From contig CAWJEO010000014.1 of the NCBI GenBank assembly GCA_963841895.1, positions 38,303 to 102,302 of the forward strand: a stretch of 64,000 bases of DNA, in the 5' to 3' direction. The translations under genes were made by a program, and so were the position numbers. A model generated the notes under the pieces. The model saw only the letters and a list, made by a program, of their open reading frames with translations, had not been told where the DNA came from and made no database searches. Positions 20,769 to 32,388 of this stretch are shown piece by piece. This DNA is from an uncultured Acidobacteriota bacterium. GTDB lineage: Bacteria; Acidobacteriota; Vicinamibacteria; Vicinamibacterales; UBA2999. Position 1 is the first letter of the stretch; the number at the start of each line of letters is the position of its first letter.

Positions 20769-21681
20769 GAGAGCGCAACCGCCAACTGCGCCCCGACGCG
20801 AGCATTATTCTTCAAGAGCGCGACGTTCGCGCGCACGCTGGCGCCGCCGGTGAGTGCGCGCATGCGGTCGAGGAGAAACGGCGTCACCTCGCGCCCGATG
20901 AGGCGCTGGCTGTTCGGCTTCGGCTAGCGCCGTCGTCAGCGACGCGCTCGTAGAGGTCGCGATCGAGCTCGTTCTCGGCTTCAATCGGGTTCGCGACGAG
21001 CACGCCGGACCCCCACCCCAATGCCCCGTGTGCCTCGATCGCCGCTGCGAGCTCGCCGATCGACTCACAGCGCGCGTCGACCCGCAAGCCGCTCGATCGC
21101 CGATAGAACGCCGGGAACTCGTCGGTCTGATAGCCGAGGATTGGCACGCCCAGCGTTTCGAGCATTTCGATTGTCCGCGGCAGGTCGAGAATCGCCTTGG
21201 CTCCGGCCGAGACGACGGCCACGGGCACGCGCGACAGCGTGAGCAGGTCGCTCGACACGTCGCCGGTTTCGGTCACACCACGATGCACGCCGCCGATCCC
21301 GCCGGTGACGAACACTCGAATCCCGTTGGCGTGCGCCGCAATCATCGTCGCCGCGACGGTTGTCGATCCGGCTCGTCGCGACGCCAGCACCGCGCCGAAG
21401 TTGCTGATGTTCGTCTTGACGACGTCAGGGGCCGTGGCCAACCGGTCGAGCTCGCTCTCGCCGAGCCCGACGATCACGGCGCCATCGAGAATGCCGATCG
21501 TCGCTGGGATGGCGCCGTGTTGACGCACTTCGGCTTCGAGCGCGCGCGCGACCTGCAGTCCCTCCGGGTACGGCAGCCCGTGCGTGACGACCGTCGTCTC
21601 CAGCGCGACGACCGGCCGGCCGGCGGCGAGCGCCTCGGCGACCTCAGGGCGGCAGATGTAGGGCGCGCTCACGACGGCGAG
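20747..21681 (-). CDS. psuG: pseudouridine-5'-phosphate glycosidase (IndA/PsuG family); two frame breaks near 20890-20960; same ORF as upstream BtpA gene
   Basis: PVVALETTVVTHGLPYP, NISNFGA, FVTGGIGGVHRG, VSAGAKAILD, TDEFPAFY, ..VTPFLLDRMRALTGGASVRANVALLKNNA. Confidence 0.7.
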
Positions 21682-21687
21682 TCGAAT

Positions 21688-22443
21688 CGGCCCGAGACGC
21701 GCAAACGCCGAGGCGACGGCCTCCACGTTCGCGCGGTCGAGCGGCTGATCCCAGCGGCCACCCTGCTTCACCGACGAACCGACGATGTAGCCAGCGGCGG
21801 CGGCAAACTGCGGGAGGTTGCGGGCCGTGAGCCCCGAGCCGACCAGCACCGGGACATGCACTTGTCGGGCGACGGCGTCAACCTCCTCCGGCGAGGCCGG
21901 CACACCCGTCGACGCGCCGGTGACGATGACGCCGTCCGCCTGGAAGAACGCGGCGGCCTCGGCCGTCTCGACAATCGACACGTCGGCGGTGATCGCGTGC
22001 GCGCTGTGCTTCTTCTTGATGTCGGCAAAGACGAGCACGCGATCCGCGCCGATCTGCCGGCGATAGCGCAGCAGATCGCCGGCACAGGACTGGATCACGC
22101 CCTCGTCGGCGACGTGCGCAAAGACGAAGCCCTCGACGCGGACGAAGTCAGCGCCGCTCGCATGGGCGACCGCGATCGCCTCGCGGTTGGCGCCGGCCAG
22201 GACCTGCACGCCAAGCGGCAGATCGACGTCACGCTTGATCGCGCAGGCAACCGCGGTCATCGCCGCGACGATCTCCGGACCGACGCCGCCGCGCAGATAC
22301 GGCCGATCGTGCATGTTCTCGATCGCCAGGGCCGTGAACCCGCCGTCACGATAGACCGCCGCCTCGGTCACGGCCTGCTCGAGAATCTGATCGATCGAGC
22401 GGACCGCCGACGGCGTGCCCGGCAACGCGCCGACATGAATCAC
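21688..22443 (-). CDS. BtpA/SgcQ-family TIM-barrel protein (no stop before psuG: fusion or lost stop)
   Basis: MIHVGALPGTP start, ..FADIKKKHSAHAIT..VTGASTG..PVLVGSGLTARNL..GYIVGSSVK typical of PF03437. Confidence 0.65.
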
Positions 22444-22496
22444 GCCGATCAGTGCCCGCGGCGAGCCAAGGCGCTTCTGAAACGTCGAGCGGGGCG

Positions 22497-24096
22497 TCAG
22501 AACAACCTCCTGTAGTCCTCATAGCAAACCGGGACGCCGACGACAAGGCTGCGGCGGCTGGCGATCGCCCGGCTCACGGCCTCGGCCAGCTCACCCGGAT
22601 CCGCCGTGCGCAGCCCCTCGACGCCGCACGCCTCCGCGATGCGCACCGAATCGATCGGCCCGAAGTCCATGCGATACGGCGGCAGCTTGCGCCCCTCCTG
22701 TGCGAGTTTGATCAGCGAATAGCTGCCATCCTCGAGGACGATCGTGACAAAGGGCGCGCCGACCCGCTCGGCCGTTTCGAGCTCCTGCGCATTCATCGAG
22801 AAGCCTCCGTCGCCGACCGCAGCAATCACCGGCGCGTCGGGACGCGCCAGCTTCGCACCGATGGCCGCACTCAGGCCGTAGGCCATCGCCGACAGGCCGT
22901 TCGACATCCAGAAGGTCGACGGCTGACGGCTCGGCCAGAACTGCCCGAACAGATACTTGTGCGAGCCGACGTCGGTCGTGACAATCGTCTCGGGCGGCGC
23001 GACCGACGCCAGCGCGCGAATGATATCGCCGGGCCACATCGTGTCAGCGGCACCGGCGTCTCCGTGCAACAGATCGCGCCGCTTCTCCTGGAAGTCCGCG
23101 AACGGCGCATGCCCACGACGCCGGCGGCGGTGTCGCCGCGAGGGCCTCGAGCAGTGCGGCGTGGTTCACGAGGCTCGTGCCGGCCGGCACGACGCCGCAC
23201 GACATTCGGCGATTCCAGCACCCACGTGATCGGCAGCTCGGCGTGCCAGGTCTTGTCGATCTCGACGGGATCCAATCCGAAGCCGATGCGCGCATCCGAC
23301 GCCGCCAGCGCATCGCACATCAGCCCGTCCGCGGCCATGCCGCCGACGACGCCGACAAAGCGGTCGCTGGTCTCGTCAACGATGCCTTTGACCTTCGGGG
23401 TCACGGCAAACGGCAGATTCCAGGCGTCCAGCCAACGGCGAAGCGGCGCGGCGATCGCATCGTCAGCACCGAGACCGATCAGCACGAGGGGACGCGTCGC
23501 GGTCTTCAGCGTCATCGTCAGATCGCGGGCAACGGCGGCTGCGGTCGCGGGCTCCGATGGCGTGCGACGGGACGCGGCGCGACCGGCGCTCGGCCGCGCC
23601 GGCTTCAACGCCTCACGCGCCGACAATGGTGAGATACGACACTCCGAGCGGACGCTCCATCGCCGCCGCGATCGCGCGCGGGACGGCGTCATGGACGGTC
23701 TCCGTCGTGATCGCCGCAACGTACCTGGCCATCGGGCGATAGACGTCGTGGAGCGGGAGCAGCTGATGGGTGTGGCTCGCCGGGAACTCGGATCGGAATC
23801 TGCGCTGAGATCGCGACCAGCGGCTCCTGATCGAGATAGGCGTTGGCGATCGGCAGCATCAGATTTGCGGCGCCGGGCCCGAGCGTCGCGAGCACGACGC
23901 CGGGTTGCCGGCGGAGCTTGCCGTAGACCGCGGCCGCGATGCCGGCGTTCGCCTCGTGCCTCATCAGAACGAAATCCACGCCTGCCTGGCGCAGCTCGTC
24001 GATCAGCACCAGCACTTCACCGCCAGGGAGCCCGAAGACGCGCTCGATCCCTGCGTCGGCGATCAGTCGGGCCGTAGCGGCCGCCGTCGTCGTCAT
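22497..24096 (-). CDS. thiamine-pyrophosphate-dependent enzyme (acetolactate-synthase large-subunit-like); at least two frame breaks
   Basis: N-terminal TPP domain (FGLPGGEVL..), central domain, C-terminal TPP-binding GDGGFSMN..LEDGSYSLI across three frames. Confidence 0.7.
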
Positions 24097-24171
24097 GCCG
24101 AATCCCCTCTCGCCCGCTGGCTTCCGGTCCTGCCCGCGGGCCGCGCGTCATAGTATGTCGGCACGCCGGAC

Positions 24172-25470
24172 GTGGGGCGGCCATCCATCATGTCGAACGA
24201 CCACGCTCGGCCGGTCCCGCCGCCCGTCTCGAGTGTCTTCACCCAGATCGGCCCCGGGTTGCTCGTGGCCGCTGCCGGGATTGGCGCCGGCGACATCGTG
24301 TCAGCGACGATGGCAGCAGCGAATCATGGCCTCGCGCTGTTGTGGGTCGTCGCGCTCGCGGCGTTTCTCAAAGGCGTGCTCAACGAGGGCATCGTGCGGT
24401 GGCAGCTCGGGACCAGGACCACCGCCATCGAGGGCTGGTGCCTGCACCTTCCGTCGTGGGTGCGGTGGTACTTCGCGTTGTATCTCGTGCTGTGGACCGT
24501 GTCGGTGAGCGCGGCGCTGACCAGCGCGTGCGGGCTCGGGCTCGCCACGATCACCGGCGGTCTCGTGCCGCGACCGTGGGGCGCCGTCGCCCACGGCCTG
24601 CTCGGCGGCACGCTCGTCGCAATCGGCGGCTTCGCGGGCTTCGAGCGGATTATGAAAGTGCTGATCGGCACGATGTTCTTTGCGATTCTCGCCTGTGCCG
24701 CGTTGACGTTGCCGGCGCCGGCGGATGCCGCACGCGGGTTGCTGGTCCCGGCGATCCCGGGCGGCGGGGTCACATCGTTTCTGTCAGTGCTCGGCGGCAT
24801 TGGCGGCTCAATCGCGATGCTCGCCTACAACTACTGGTTGCGCGAAGAGCGGAAGGTCGGGCCCGAATGGCTCACGTTCGTCCGCGGCGATATCGTGGTG
24901 GCGTACGTGTTCACCGCGATCTTCGGCATGGCGATCATGATCGTGGCGACGCAGGCCTTCCATGTCCCGGGCATCGCCATCAGCAACGCGCAAGCGGTGA
25001 CGCGCATGGCCGAGACGCTCGGCGCGACGATTGGGCCGGTGGGCTTCTACGCGTATGCCGTCGGATTCTGGGCCGCGGTCTTCGCCTCACTGCTGGGCGT
25101 CTGGCAGAGCCTGCCGTATCTCTTTGCGGATTACTACGGATTGCTGCGCGGTCTCCCGCATGACGTTCGCGCACGGCTGACCAGCGTGACGAGCCGTCCC
25201 TATCGGCTCGCGCTCCTGTTCATCACCCTCGTGCCGATTCCGTTCGCCTTCGTCGACCAGCCGCTGTTCATGATCCGCGCCTTCACGATCGTGGGCAGCC
25301 TGTTCATCCCGTTCCTCGCCGCGACGCTGCTCTATCTGAACAATGCCGTCCTTCCCGTGGAGAGCGGCGTGCCGCGCAACTCGTGGGCGACGAACCTGGT
25401 GCTCGTGCTGGCGATGCTGGTCTTTGCGGCCGTGGGCGCCTCAGAGGCGGGACTGCTGCGGTTCTCGTGA
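24172..25470 (+). CDS. mntH: Nramp-family divalent metal (Mn2+/Fe2+) transporter
   Basis: GPGLLVAAAGIGAGDIVSATMAAANHG Nramp signature; roughly 11 TM helices; intact 432-aa ORF. Confidence 0.85.
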   Translation: MGRPSIMSNDHARPVPPPVSSVFTQIGPGLLVAAAGIGAGDIVSATMAAANHGLALLWVVALAAFLKGVLNEGIVRWQLGTRTTAIEGWCLHLPSWVRWYFALYLVLWTVSVSAALTSACGLGLATITGGLVPRPWGAVAHGLLGGTLVAIGGFAGFERIMKVLIGTMFFAILACAALTLPAPADAARGLLVPAIPGGGVTSFLSVLGGIGGSIAMLAYNYWLREERKVGPEWLTFVRGDIVVAYVFTAIFGMAIMIVATQAFHVPGIAISNAQAVTRMAETLGATIGPVGFYAYAVGFWAAVFASLLGVWQSLPYLFADYYGLLRGLPHDVRARLTSVTSRPYRLALLFITLVPIPFAFVDQPLFMIRAFTIVGSLFIPFLAATLLYLNNAVLPVESGVPRNSWATNLVLVLAMLVFAAVGASEAGLLRFS

Positions 25471-25493
25471 CGCGTGCCAGCCCGGCGAGTTTT

Positions 25494-25594
25494 GGGGATA
25501 GGGGTGGGGGGCAAGGGTCAGGTCGTGAATCGTGAACGGAGGCCGGCGCTCCGTTCACGATTCACGACCTGACCCTTACCCCTCCCCCCTATCG
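25494..25594. terminator. roughly 100-nt near-perfect palindrome between convergent mntH and amidinotransferase-like gene (bidirectional terminator / repeat element)
   Basis: GGGGATAGGGGTGGGGGGCAAGGGTCAGGTCGTGAATCGTGAACGGAG / CTCCGTTCACGATTCACGACCTGACCCTTACCCCTCCCCCCTATC; shares exact 21-mer CAGGTCGTGAATCGTGAACGG with 33590-33610. Confidence 0.65.
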
Positions 25595-26360
25595 CGGCAA
25601 GCCCAGCCGCTCGAGCGGGCGCGTCAGGCAGGTCGGACCGCCTCCGCCCTTGACGCTGATCTCCGACCCGTCGTAGGTCAGACCTCGGCGCCCGCCGCTT
25701 CGAGCCGCGCGCGGGTGACCGGGTTCCCTTCGAGCATCAGCGCACGGCGCGGAGCCGACCGCCAGGACGTTCGCGCCCATCGACTCGAACTCTTCGTCTG
25801 GCACTTCGACGAGCGCGATTCCCCGCTCGAGCAGCCAGCAGCGGAACGGCACCGGCATCAGCGGCGAATACACCACCGCCAGGTCGCGATCGATCGGGCT
25901 CAGGATCGACATCAGGTGAAAGACGTCGGACGGGCCGCGGTAGTGCGGCAGCGCCGACGACTTCGACGTGCACGTCGTCGCCCGAGCGCATCGCCGGAGC
26001 TGAGCGATCCCCGCGTCATTGGTTCGATAGCCACGGCCGACCGCGACCGTGCGCTCGTCGAACCAGACGACGATCGCCGCCTTCGAGCTGGCCGGGCGCT
26101 TCGATCGCGCCGAGCACCGGGACGCCCACGCGTCGAACGCCCGCTGCTGCGCCGCGGGCTCGGTCTGCCGCGAGCCGGCTTGCCCATCCGCGCCAGGACG
26201 ACGCCGCGCGGCGTCACGATCGACGCGTCGCGCACGTAGATGGCGTCGAGGGTCACGTCGGGAGCGGCGGGACACTCGTCGATCCGCGCGCCCGCAGCGG
26301 CGAGCAGCGCCGCGAACGCGTCGTACTCGGTCGACGGCGCGCCCGCGATCGGGCGGCGCG
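25589..26360 (-). CDS. amidinotransferase-superfamily protein (arginine deiminase / DDAH-like); frame-disrupted
   Basis: C-terminal block HLMSILSPIDRDLAVV..LLERGIALVEVPDEEFESMGANVLAV..EISVKGGGGPTCLTRPL (GGGGxxCxT active-site Cys region). Confidence 0.5.
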
Positions 26361-26367
26361 GTGAAGT

Positions 26368-27799
26368 TCAGCGCGCTGCCACTCGCGTGCGATCCGTTCG
26401 TCGCTGCCGAACGCGGCGCGCGCGTGCAGGAGCGATCACGCGCGACAACGGGCCGTATTCGTTCGTGCAGGTCATTCGCCGCCTCGCGCGCCGCATCCAG
26501 ACATAGACCGGCAGCCCGCCAAGCAGCAGCAGGAAGCCATAGAAGACGGTCTCCGCGCCGGCGCCGTAGATCGCGAACATCGCGTAGACGAATGCCAGCA
26601 CGCTGACGACCGCCGCCGCTCCACCGGGCGCGGCTGCTGTGGCATCAGCCAGACCGCGAGCGCAGCAGAACACGTACGGCACCAGCGTGCTCAGCGTGCA
26701 CAGCAGGATGATGAACGTGAAGAGCGCGACCAGGCCGCGCGAGTAGTTCATCGCCACCAGCACCGAGCGCCAGCACGCCGGCGATGATCATCCCGCGCGC
26801 CGGCGTGCCACGACGCGAGAGCTGGCGCGAAGACGCGCGGAAAGAGTCCGTCGGACGCCGCGGCCATCGGCAGTTGCCCGGCGATCAGGACCCACCCGTT
26901 GAGCGCGCCCGCACACGACACGGCCGCGCCAAGGGCGACGAGCTGCGCCGCACGCGTCGCCGATCAGCTGGCGCGCGCCGTCGGCAAACGGCGCCGTCGA
27001 CGAGGCCAGCGCGTCAGGCGCGACGAGGCTCATGACGCCGATCGTCGAGACGATGTAGATGGCCGCGGTCAGCGTCGTGCCGACGATCGTCGCCAGCGGA
27101 ATCGTCCGCGTCGGGATTGCGCACGCTCCCGGCCGGAATCGTCGCGCACTCGAGGCCGAGAAACGCCCATAGCGTCAGCGTGACGACCGTCACGATCTGC
27201 GCCGCCGCCGGGGTCTGGTCCGTCGGCGGCATGGCAAACGCGTCGGGCCGGAAGAAGAACACGCCGCCGATCGCCGACGACGACGAGCGGGATGCAGCTT
27301 GAGTGCGGTCGTCACGATCTGGACGCGTCCGGCGAGCCCGACGCCGGCGACGTTGATGCCGACGAAGATCCAGATGACGACGATCGCCAGCGCCGCCGCG
27401 GAACCCGGCGCGCGCACGATCCCGGGAATGAACGGATCGAGGTAGCCCACCAACGCCACCGCCAGCGCGCCCAGCGTGCCGACCGTCGACAGCCAGTAGC
27501 CCCACGCGACGAGGAAGCCGGCGAGATCGCCAAAGGCCGCGCGCGTGTAGGCGTACATCCCGCCGGTCGCCGGCAGTTGCCGCGCCAGCCGCGCGAACAC
27601 GAGCGCCAGCATCACCGAGCCGCCGGCCGAGACACCAGCCAGCCCACCAGGCTCAGCCCTCGATAGGCCGCCAGCGACGCCGGCAGCAGAAACACGCCGG
27701 AGCCGATCATGTTGCCCATGACGATCGGCGACGGCGGCCCAGAAGCCGAGCACGCGAGGCGGTGGGGCGTTGGCGGGCTGGCGAACGCGACTCGTCCAT
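26368..27799 (-). CDS. APC-superfamily amino-acid permease; at least three frame breaks
   Basis: IVMGNMIGSGVFLLPASLAAY, LPATGGMYAYTRAAFG, WGYWLS N-terminal signatures; hydrophobic C-terminus 26368-26763. Confidence 0.65.
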
Positions 27800-27896
27800 A
27801 GTGCCGCGATTATATGGGCGCCAGGACCGGCCTGCCGCGGGCACGCCGCGGCTGAACCGGATCGCCTCATCTACAATCAGAGGGAGTGACGGACAT

Positions 27897-30171
27897 AGCC
27901 ACGTGCGACACATCGGCCGCTATCAGGTGACCAAGCTGCTCGGCCAGGGCGGCATGGGCGTCGTCTATGCCGCACACGACGATCGGCTCGATCGCCCGGT
28001 CGCCATCAAGGTCGATCCGCGCCGAAGCGCTCGCCGATCGAAGCGCGCGCGAGCGGTTTCGACGCGAGGCGCGTGCCGCCGCGCGCGTCAGCCATCCGCA
28101 CATCTGTCCGCTGTACGAGTTCGACGAGGCCGACGGACAGCCCTTTCTCGTCATGGAGCTGCTCGACGGCGAACCGCTGTCGGCTCGGCTTGACGCGCGG
28201 GGCGATTCCGGCCGCCGAGGCGCTACCTCATGGCCGACGCGATGCTCGACGCGCTGGCGGCGCTCCATCGTCGCGGCGTCGTCCATCGCGATCTCAAGCC
28301 GGCCAACGTCTTCCTCACGCCGCACGGCGTCAAGCTGCTCGACTTCGGTCTGGCGCAGCCGCTCTCCGGCGACGAGCACACGCGCGAGCGGCTCACCGGG
28401 CCGGGCCTGATCGCCGGCACGCCGCAGTACATGGCGCCCGAGCAGCTGCTCGAAGGGCGGACCGACGAGCGCGCCGACGTGTTCGCGGCCGGCGGCCGTG
28501 ATCTACGAGATGCTGGCCGGCCGGCCGGCGTTCTCCGGCGCCACGCTGGCGGCGATCATCGAGCTGTCGGCTACACGGAGCCGGCGCCGCTCGTCGAGCC
28601 GCCGGACGTGCGGCGTGTGCCGACGCCGTTCTGCGCGAGGCGCTGGCCAAGGACCCGGCCGCGCGGATCGCGCGGGCCGACGTGCTCGCCGCGCGCGCTG
28701 CGCGAGGCCCGGCGCAACGCCGTCGTCGCAGGCGGTTCCGATCCGCCGGGAGCGCGCAAGGTGCACGCGGTTCGTCGCGCTGCCGCTTCGCGTGCTGCGG
28801 CCGGATCCGGACACCGACTTCCTCGCGTTCAGCGTGCCCGACGCGGTGTCGATCGCGCTCGCCGGCGCTGGAGTCGGTCATCGTGCGCTCGGCGCAGCGC
28901 GGGCCGGCCGCCGTGAGCCGACGTCCGGGCGATCGGGCGCGATCTCGGCGTCGACGTGGTGCTGACCGGAACGATCCTGCGCGCCGGGCAGCATGTGCGC
29001 GTCAGCGCGCAGCTGGCCGATGCCGACGCCGGCACGCTGATCTGGTCGGACGTCGCGCAGGCGCCGATCGCCGATCTGTTTCAGCTGCAGGACACGCTGA
29101 CCTCGCACATCGTGTCGTCGCTGTCGCTGCCGCTGAGCGCCGCCGATCGGCATTCGCTCGATCGGCAGGCGCCGGCCAACGCCGAGGCCTACGAGCTGTA
29201 TCTGCGCGGCAACGAGCTGCTGACCACGCCGACGCGGTGGAGCGAGGCGCGCGATCTGTACGAACGGGCGCTCGCGCGATCGATCCCAAGTACGCGCCGG
29301 CGTGGGCGCGCCTCGGTCGCACGCGGCGGCTGCTCGCCAAATGGGGCGGCCACGGCGGTGCCGGGCTTCTGCCGCAGGCCGAAGCGGCGTTCCGGCGCGC
29401 GCTCGAGCTCGATCCCGATCTGTCGATCGCGCACGATCTCGCCGCGTACGTCGACGCCGAGCTCGGCCGCGCGCCGGAAGCGATGGAGCGGCTGCTGCAT
29501 CCGCGCCAGCCGGCGGCCGATCCGATCCGGGCCTGCTTGCCGGACTGGTCACGACGTGCCGGTATGCGGGCCTGCTCGACGCGTCGCGCGCGGCGCATCG
29601 CCGCGCCGTCGCGCATCGATCCGAAGCAGGTCACCAGCATCGCGCTGGACGCACTTCATGCATGGGCGAGTACGCGATGGCCATCGAGGCCGACAAGGGG
29701 ACGCCGGCCTACTGCGCGCTGCTGTCGCGGCTGCTCATCGGCGAGCTCGATCCGGACGGCATGCGCCGCGGCGAGGAGCGAGACGCCGCATGCCGCGGCG
29801 ACGGATGGCGATCGGGGCCTACCGTCTCGCGTTCGAAGGCAAGGTCGCGGAGACGCTGGCGCAGCTGGAGGCGTTGCGCGCCACGGGCTTCGACGATCCC
29901 GAAGGCTGGTATCTGTAGGCGTTCTGCCTGGCGCGACAGTCCGACGCCGGAGAGCGCGCTCGATGCTGCTGACGCGGGCAGTTGACGGCGGCTACGCGTG
30001 CCACGAGGCGCTGACGACGCGACCCGAGTGGCTGGCCTTCCGCGGCCGGCCGCGTTCGATGAGCTCGTCGATCGCACCGCGCTCATGATCGCGCGAGCCC
30101 GAGAACGCTTCGCCGCCCACGACGGCAGCAGCATCCTCGCGCCGATCGCCCCGCCCTCGTCGCGAGGCTGA
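27897..30171 (+). CDS. Hanks-type Ser/Thr protein kinase with C-terminal TolB-N/CadC-like sensor domain and TPR repeats; at least six frame breaks
   Basis: [42 protein letters not shown]; sensor block [40 protein letters not shown]; TPR; pieces in three frames. Confidence 0.55.
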
Positions 30172-30180
30172 ACGCGCGTA

Positions 30181-30280
30181 TCTGGTGATGCTGATGATCT
30201 GGCGATCTGGTGATCTGACCCGCTGATCCGATCGCTCAGTTCACGAGATCACCAGATCAGCAGATCAGCGATCTCTGCGA
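30181..30280. repeat. palindromic tandem-word element (GGTGATCTG family): TCTGGTGATGCTGATGATCTGGCGATCTGGTGATCTG ... GAGATCACCAGATCAGCAGATCAGCGATC
   Basis: read directly between convergent kinase (stop 30171) and zinc-ribbon gene (stop 30281). Confidence 0.7.
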
Positions 30281-30583
30281 TCAGTCGAGATCAAAGCCGC
30301 GCAGCGGCTTCGTGACCGGTTCCTTCTTCGCTTCTCGAAGCGCTTCCTCGAACCGCTTCGACAACGCGTCGCCGCGCGTCTTCTCGTCCTGGACCGACTG
30401 CTCGAAGAGCGCTTCGCGCCGCGCCGCCTGCTCGGCGAGGATGCGCTGCGCTTCGGACAGCTCCGGCCGATTCGGGTTGGGCGGCTCGCGATGCTCGATC
30501 ACGCGGCCGAGGTTGGTGTCGACGACCAGTACCGCCTGACAGCACGGGCACGTCAGTTCGAGTTCGCTCTTCAACCGTGCCAT
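30281..30583 (-). CDS. small zinc-ribbon-like protein (CPCC...), hypothetical
   Basis: [22 protein letters not shown] then charged helical tail; roughly 100 aa. Confidence 0.5.
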   Translation of the reverse strand: MARLKSELELTCPCCQAVLVVDTNLGRVIEHREPPNPNRPELSEAQRILAEQAARREALFEQSVQDEKTRGDALSKRFEEALREAKKEPVTKPLRGFDLD

Positions 30584-30611
30584 AACGCGGATGGGTACAC
30601 TGACTCCGGCA

Positions 30612-31358
30612 ATGGCGCAGGGCGAGGAGTCACTCAAGCGGAAGCTGAGGGTCGTCACCTACAACATCCACCGCTGCCGCGGGCTCGACGGCCGGACGCG
30701 GCCCGAGCGCATCGCCGCCGTGCTGGCGTCGATCGACGCCGACATCATCGCGCTCCAGGAAGTCATCGGCGCCAGCCCGCTCAAGCCCGGACAAGCGGCC
30801 GAGATTGGCGCCGCGCTCGGCATGGGCTGGGTGATGGCGCCGACGCGGCATCTGCGCAACGCGCTCTTCGGCAACGTCGTCCTCAGCCACTTTCCGGTCA
30901 AGCACCATCAGCAGTACGACCTGAGCTGGAAGACCTGCGAGCCGCGCCTGGCGCAGCGCGTCGATCTGCACATCGGCGAGGAAGACGTCCTGCACTTCTA
31001 CAACGTCCACCTCGGCACCGCGCTCCTCGAGCGGCGCGAGCAGGCGAAGCGGCTCGCCAGCATCGTGCACGACCGCCGCGTGGCCGGCCCGAAGATCGTG
31101 CTGGGCGACTTCAACGAGTGGGCGCGCGGGCTGGCCAGCGACGTCCTGGCCGAGAAGCTCCACAGCATCGATCTCACGCAAGCACCTCAGCCGCCGGCGC
31201 ACCTACCCGGGTTCTTTCCGCTGGTCCACCTCGATCACATCTATTACGAGGGCGCCCGGGTCGAAGTCGACAGGGTCTGGCTGCCCAAGGACCGGCTCGC
31301 GCTGATGGCCTCGGATCACCTGCCGCTGGTTGCCGACCTCGCTCCGATTCGCGCCTGA
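30612..31358 (+). CDS. endonuclease/exonuclease/phosphatase (EEP) family protein
   Basis: [34 protein letters not shown] catalytic motifs; intact. Confidence 0.75.
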   Translation: MAQGEESLKRKLRVVTYNIHRCRGLDGRTRPERIAAVLASIDADIIALQEVIGASPLKPGQAAEIGAALGMGWVMAPTRHLRNALFGNVVLSHFPVKHHQQYDLSWKTCEPRLAQRVDLHIGEEDVLHFYNVHLGTALLERREQAKRLASIVHDRRVAGPKIVLGDFNEWARGLASDVLAEKLHSIDLTQAPQPPAHLPGFFPLVHLDHIYYEGARVEVDRVWLPKDRLALMASDHLPLVADLAPIRA

Positions 31359-31435
31359 CCGAACCACGGCCGCCTCGCTTGACACGTAGATACCATAGTG
31401 ATATCACTTCGGTATCATCAAGGAGGATGTCGTCC

Positions 31436-32313
31436 ATGGTCCGCGAACGCGAATACAACGGCCTGCCCGGGCATTCCGATTCTGGTCGTCGCTGTTGTCG
31501 GTCGATCGCCGGGCTGATCTGGGCGCTGGCCATGACGATCCAGGGCCGGAACCCGGTCGCGCATCGTCGCTGCGTCACGGTCGCGCTCGCGTTCGTCGCC
31601 TTCCTGATGTTCGGGCTGTTCATGGTCAACCCGAATCAGGGCAAGGTGCTGCAGCTCTTCGGCGAGTATCGCGGGACGGCGAAGCTGCAGGGACTGCGCT
31701 GGGCGAATCCGCTCCTGATGAAGAAGCGCGTGTCGCTGCGCGTCCGCAACTTCGAGAGCTCGCGCCTCAAGGTCAACGACAACGAAGGCAACCCGATCGA
31801 GATCGCCGCGGTCGTCGTGTGGAAGGTCGTGGAAACCGCGGAGGCGATCTTCGAGGTGGACGACTACGAGAACTACGTGCACGTCCAGAGCGAATCAGCG
31901 CTGCGCAATCTGGCGACGAGCTATCCCTACGACGCGCACGACGAGCAGATGATCTCGCTGCGCGGCCACACGTCGGCGGTCGCCGATCATCTGCAAGCGC
32001 GAGATTCAGGAGCGGCTGGCGAAGGCCGGCGTGGAAGTCATCGAGGCGCGCATCAGCCACCTCGCCTACGCTCCGGAGATTGCCGCCGCGATGCTGCAGC
32101 GCCAGCAGGCCGGCGCGATCATCGCCGCCCGCCAGCGCATCGTCGAAGGCGCCGTGGGCATGGTCGAGATGGCGCTCGGCATGCTGTCGCAGAAGTCGAT
32201 CGTCGAGCTCGACGAAGAGCGCAAGGCGTCGATGGTCAGCAACCTGCTCGTGGTGCTCTGCGGCGAGCGCGGCGCGCAGCCGATCATCAACACGGGCACG
32301 ATTTATCAGTAGT
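31436..32313 (+). CDS. SPFH/band-7 domain membrane protein; one frame break near 31990-32030
   Basis: TM segment [23 protein letters not shown] core [22 protein letters not shown]..; C-terminal part in 32031-32312 frame. Confidence 0.7.
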
Positions 32314-32388
32314 GACAGGTATCCGAGTTCACGTTCAGCAGCGCGGTGACGCTCGCCGAAACTGTCGAACTGGAATCCTGTTGAATTC

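Noticed and set aside
22452-24077. 541-aa plus-strand ORF
   Set aside because: Antisense shadow of the TPP-enzyme gene; no motifs.
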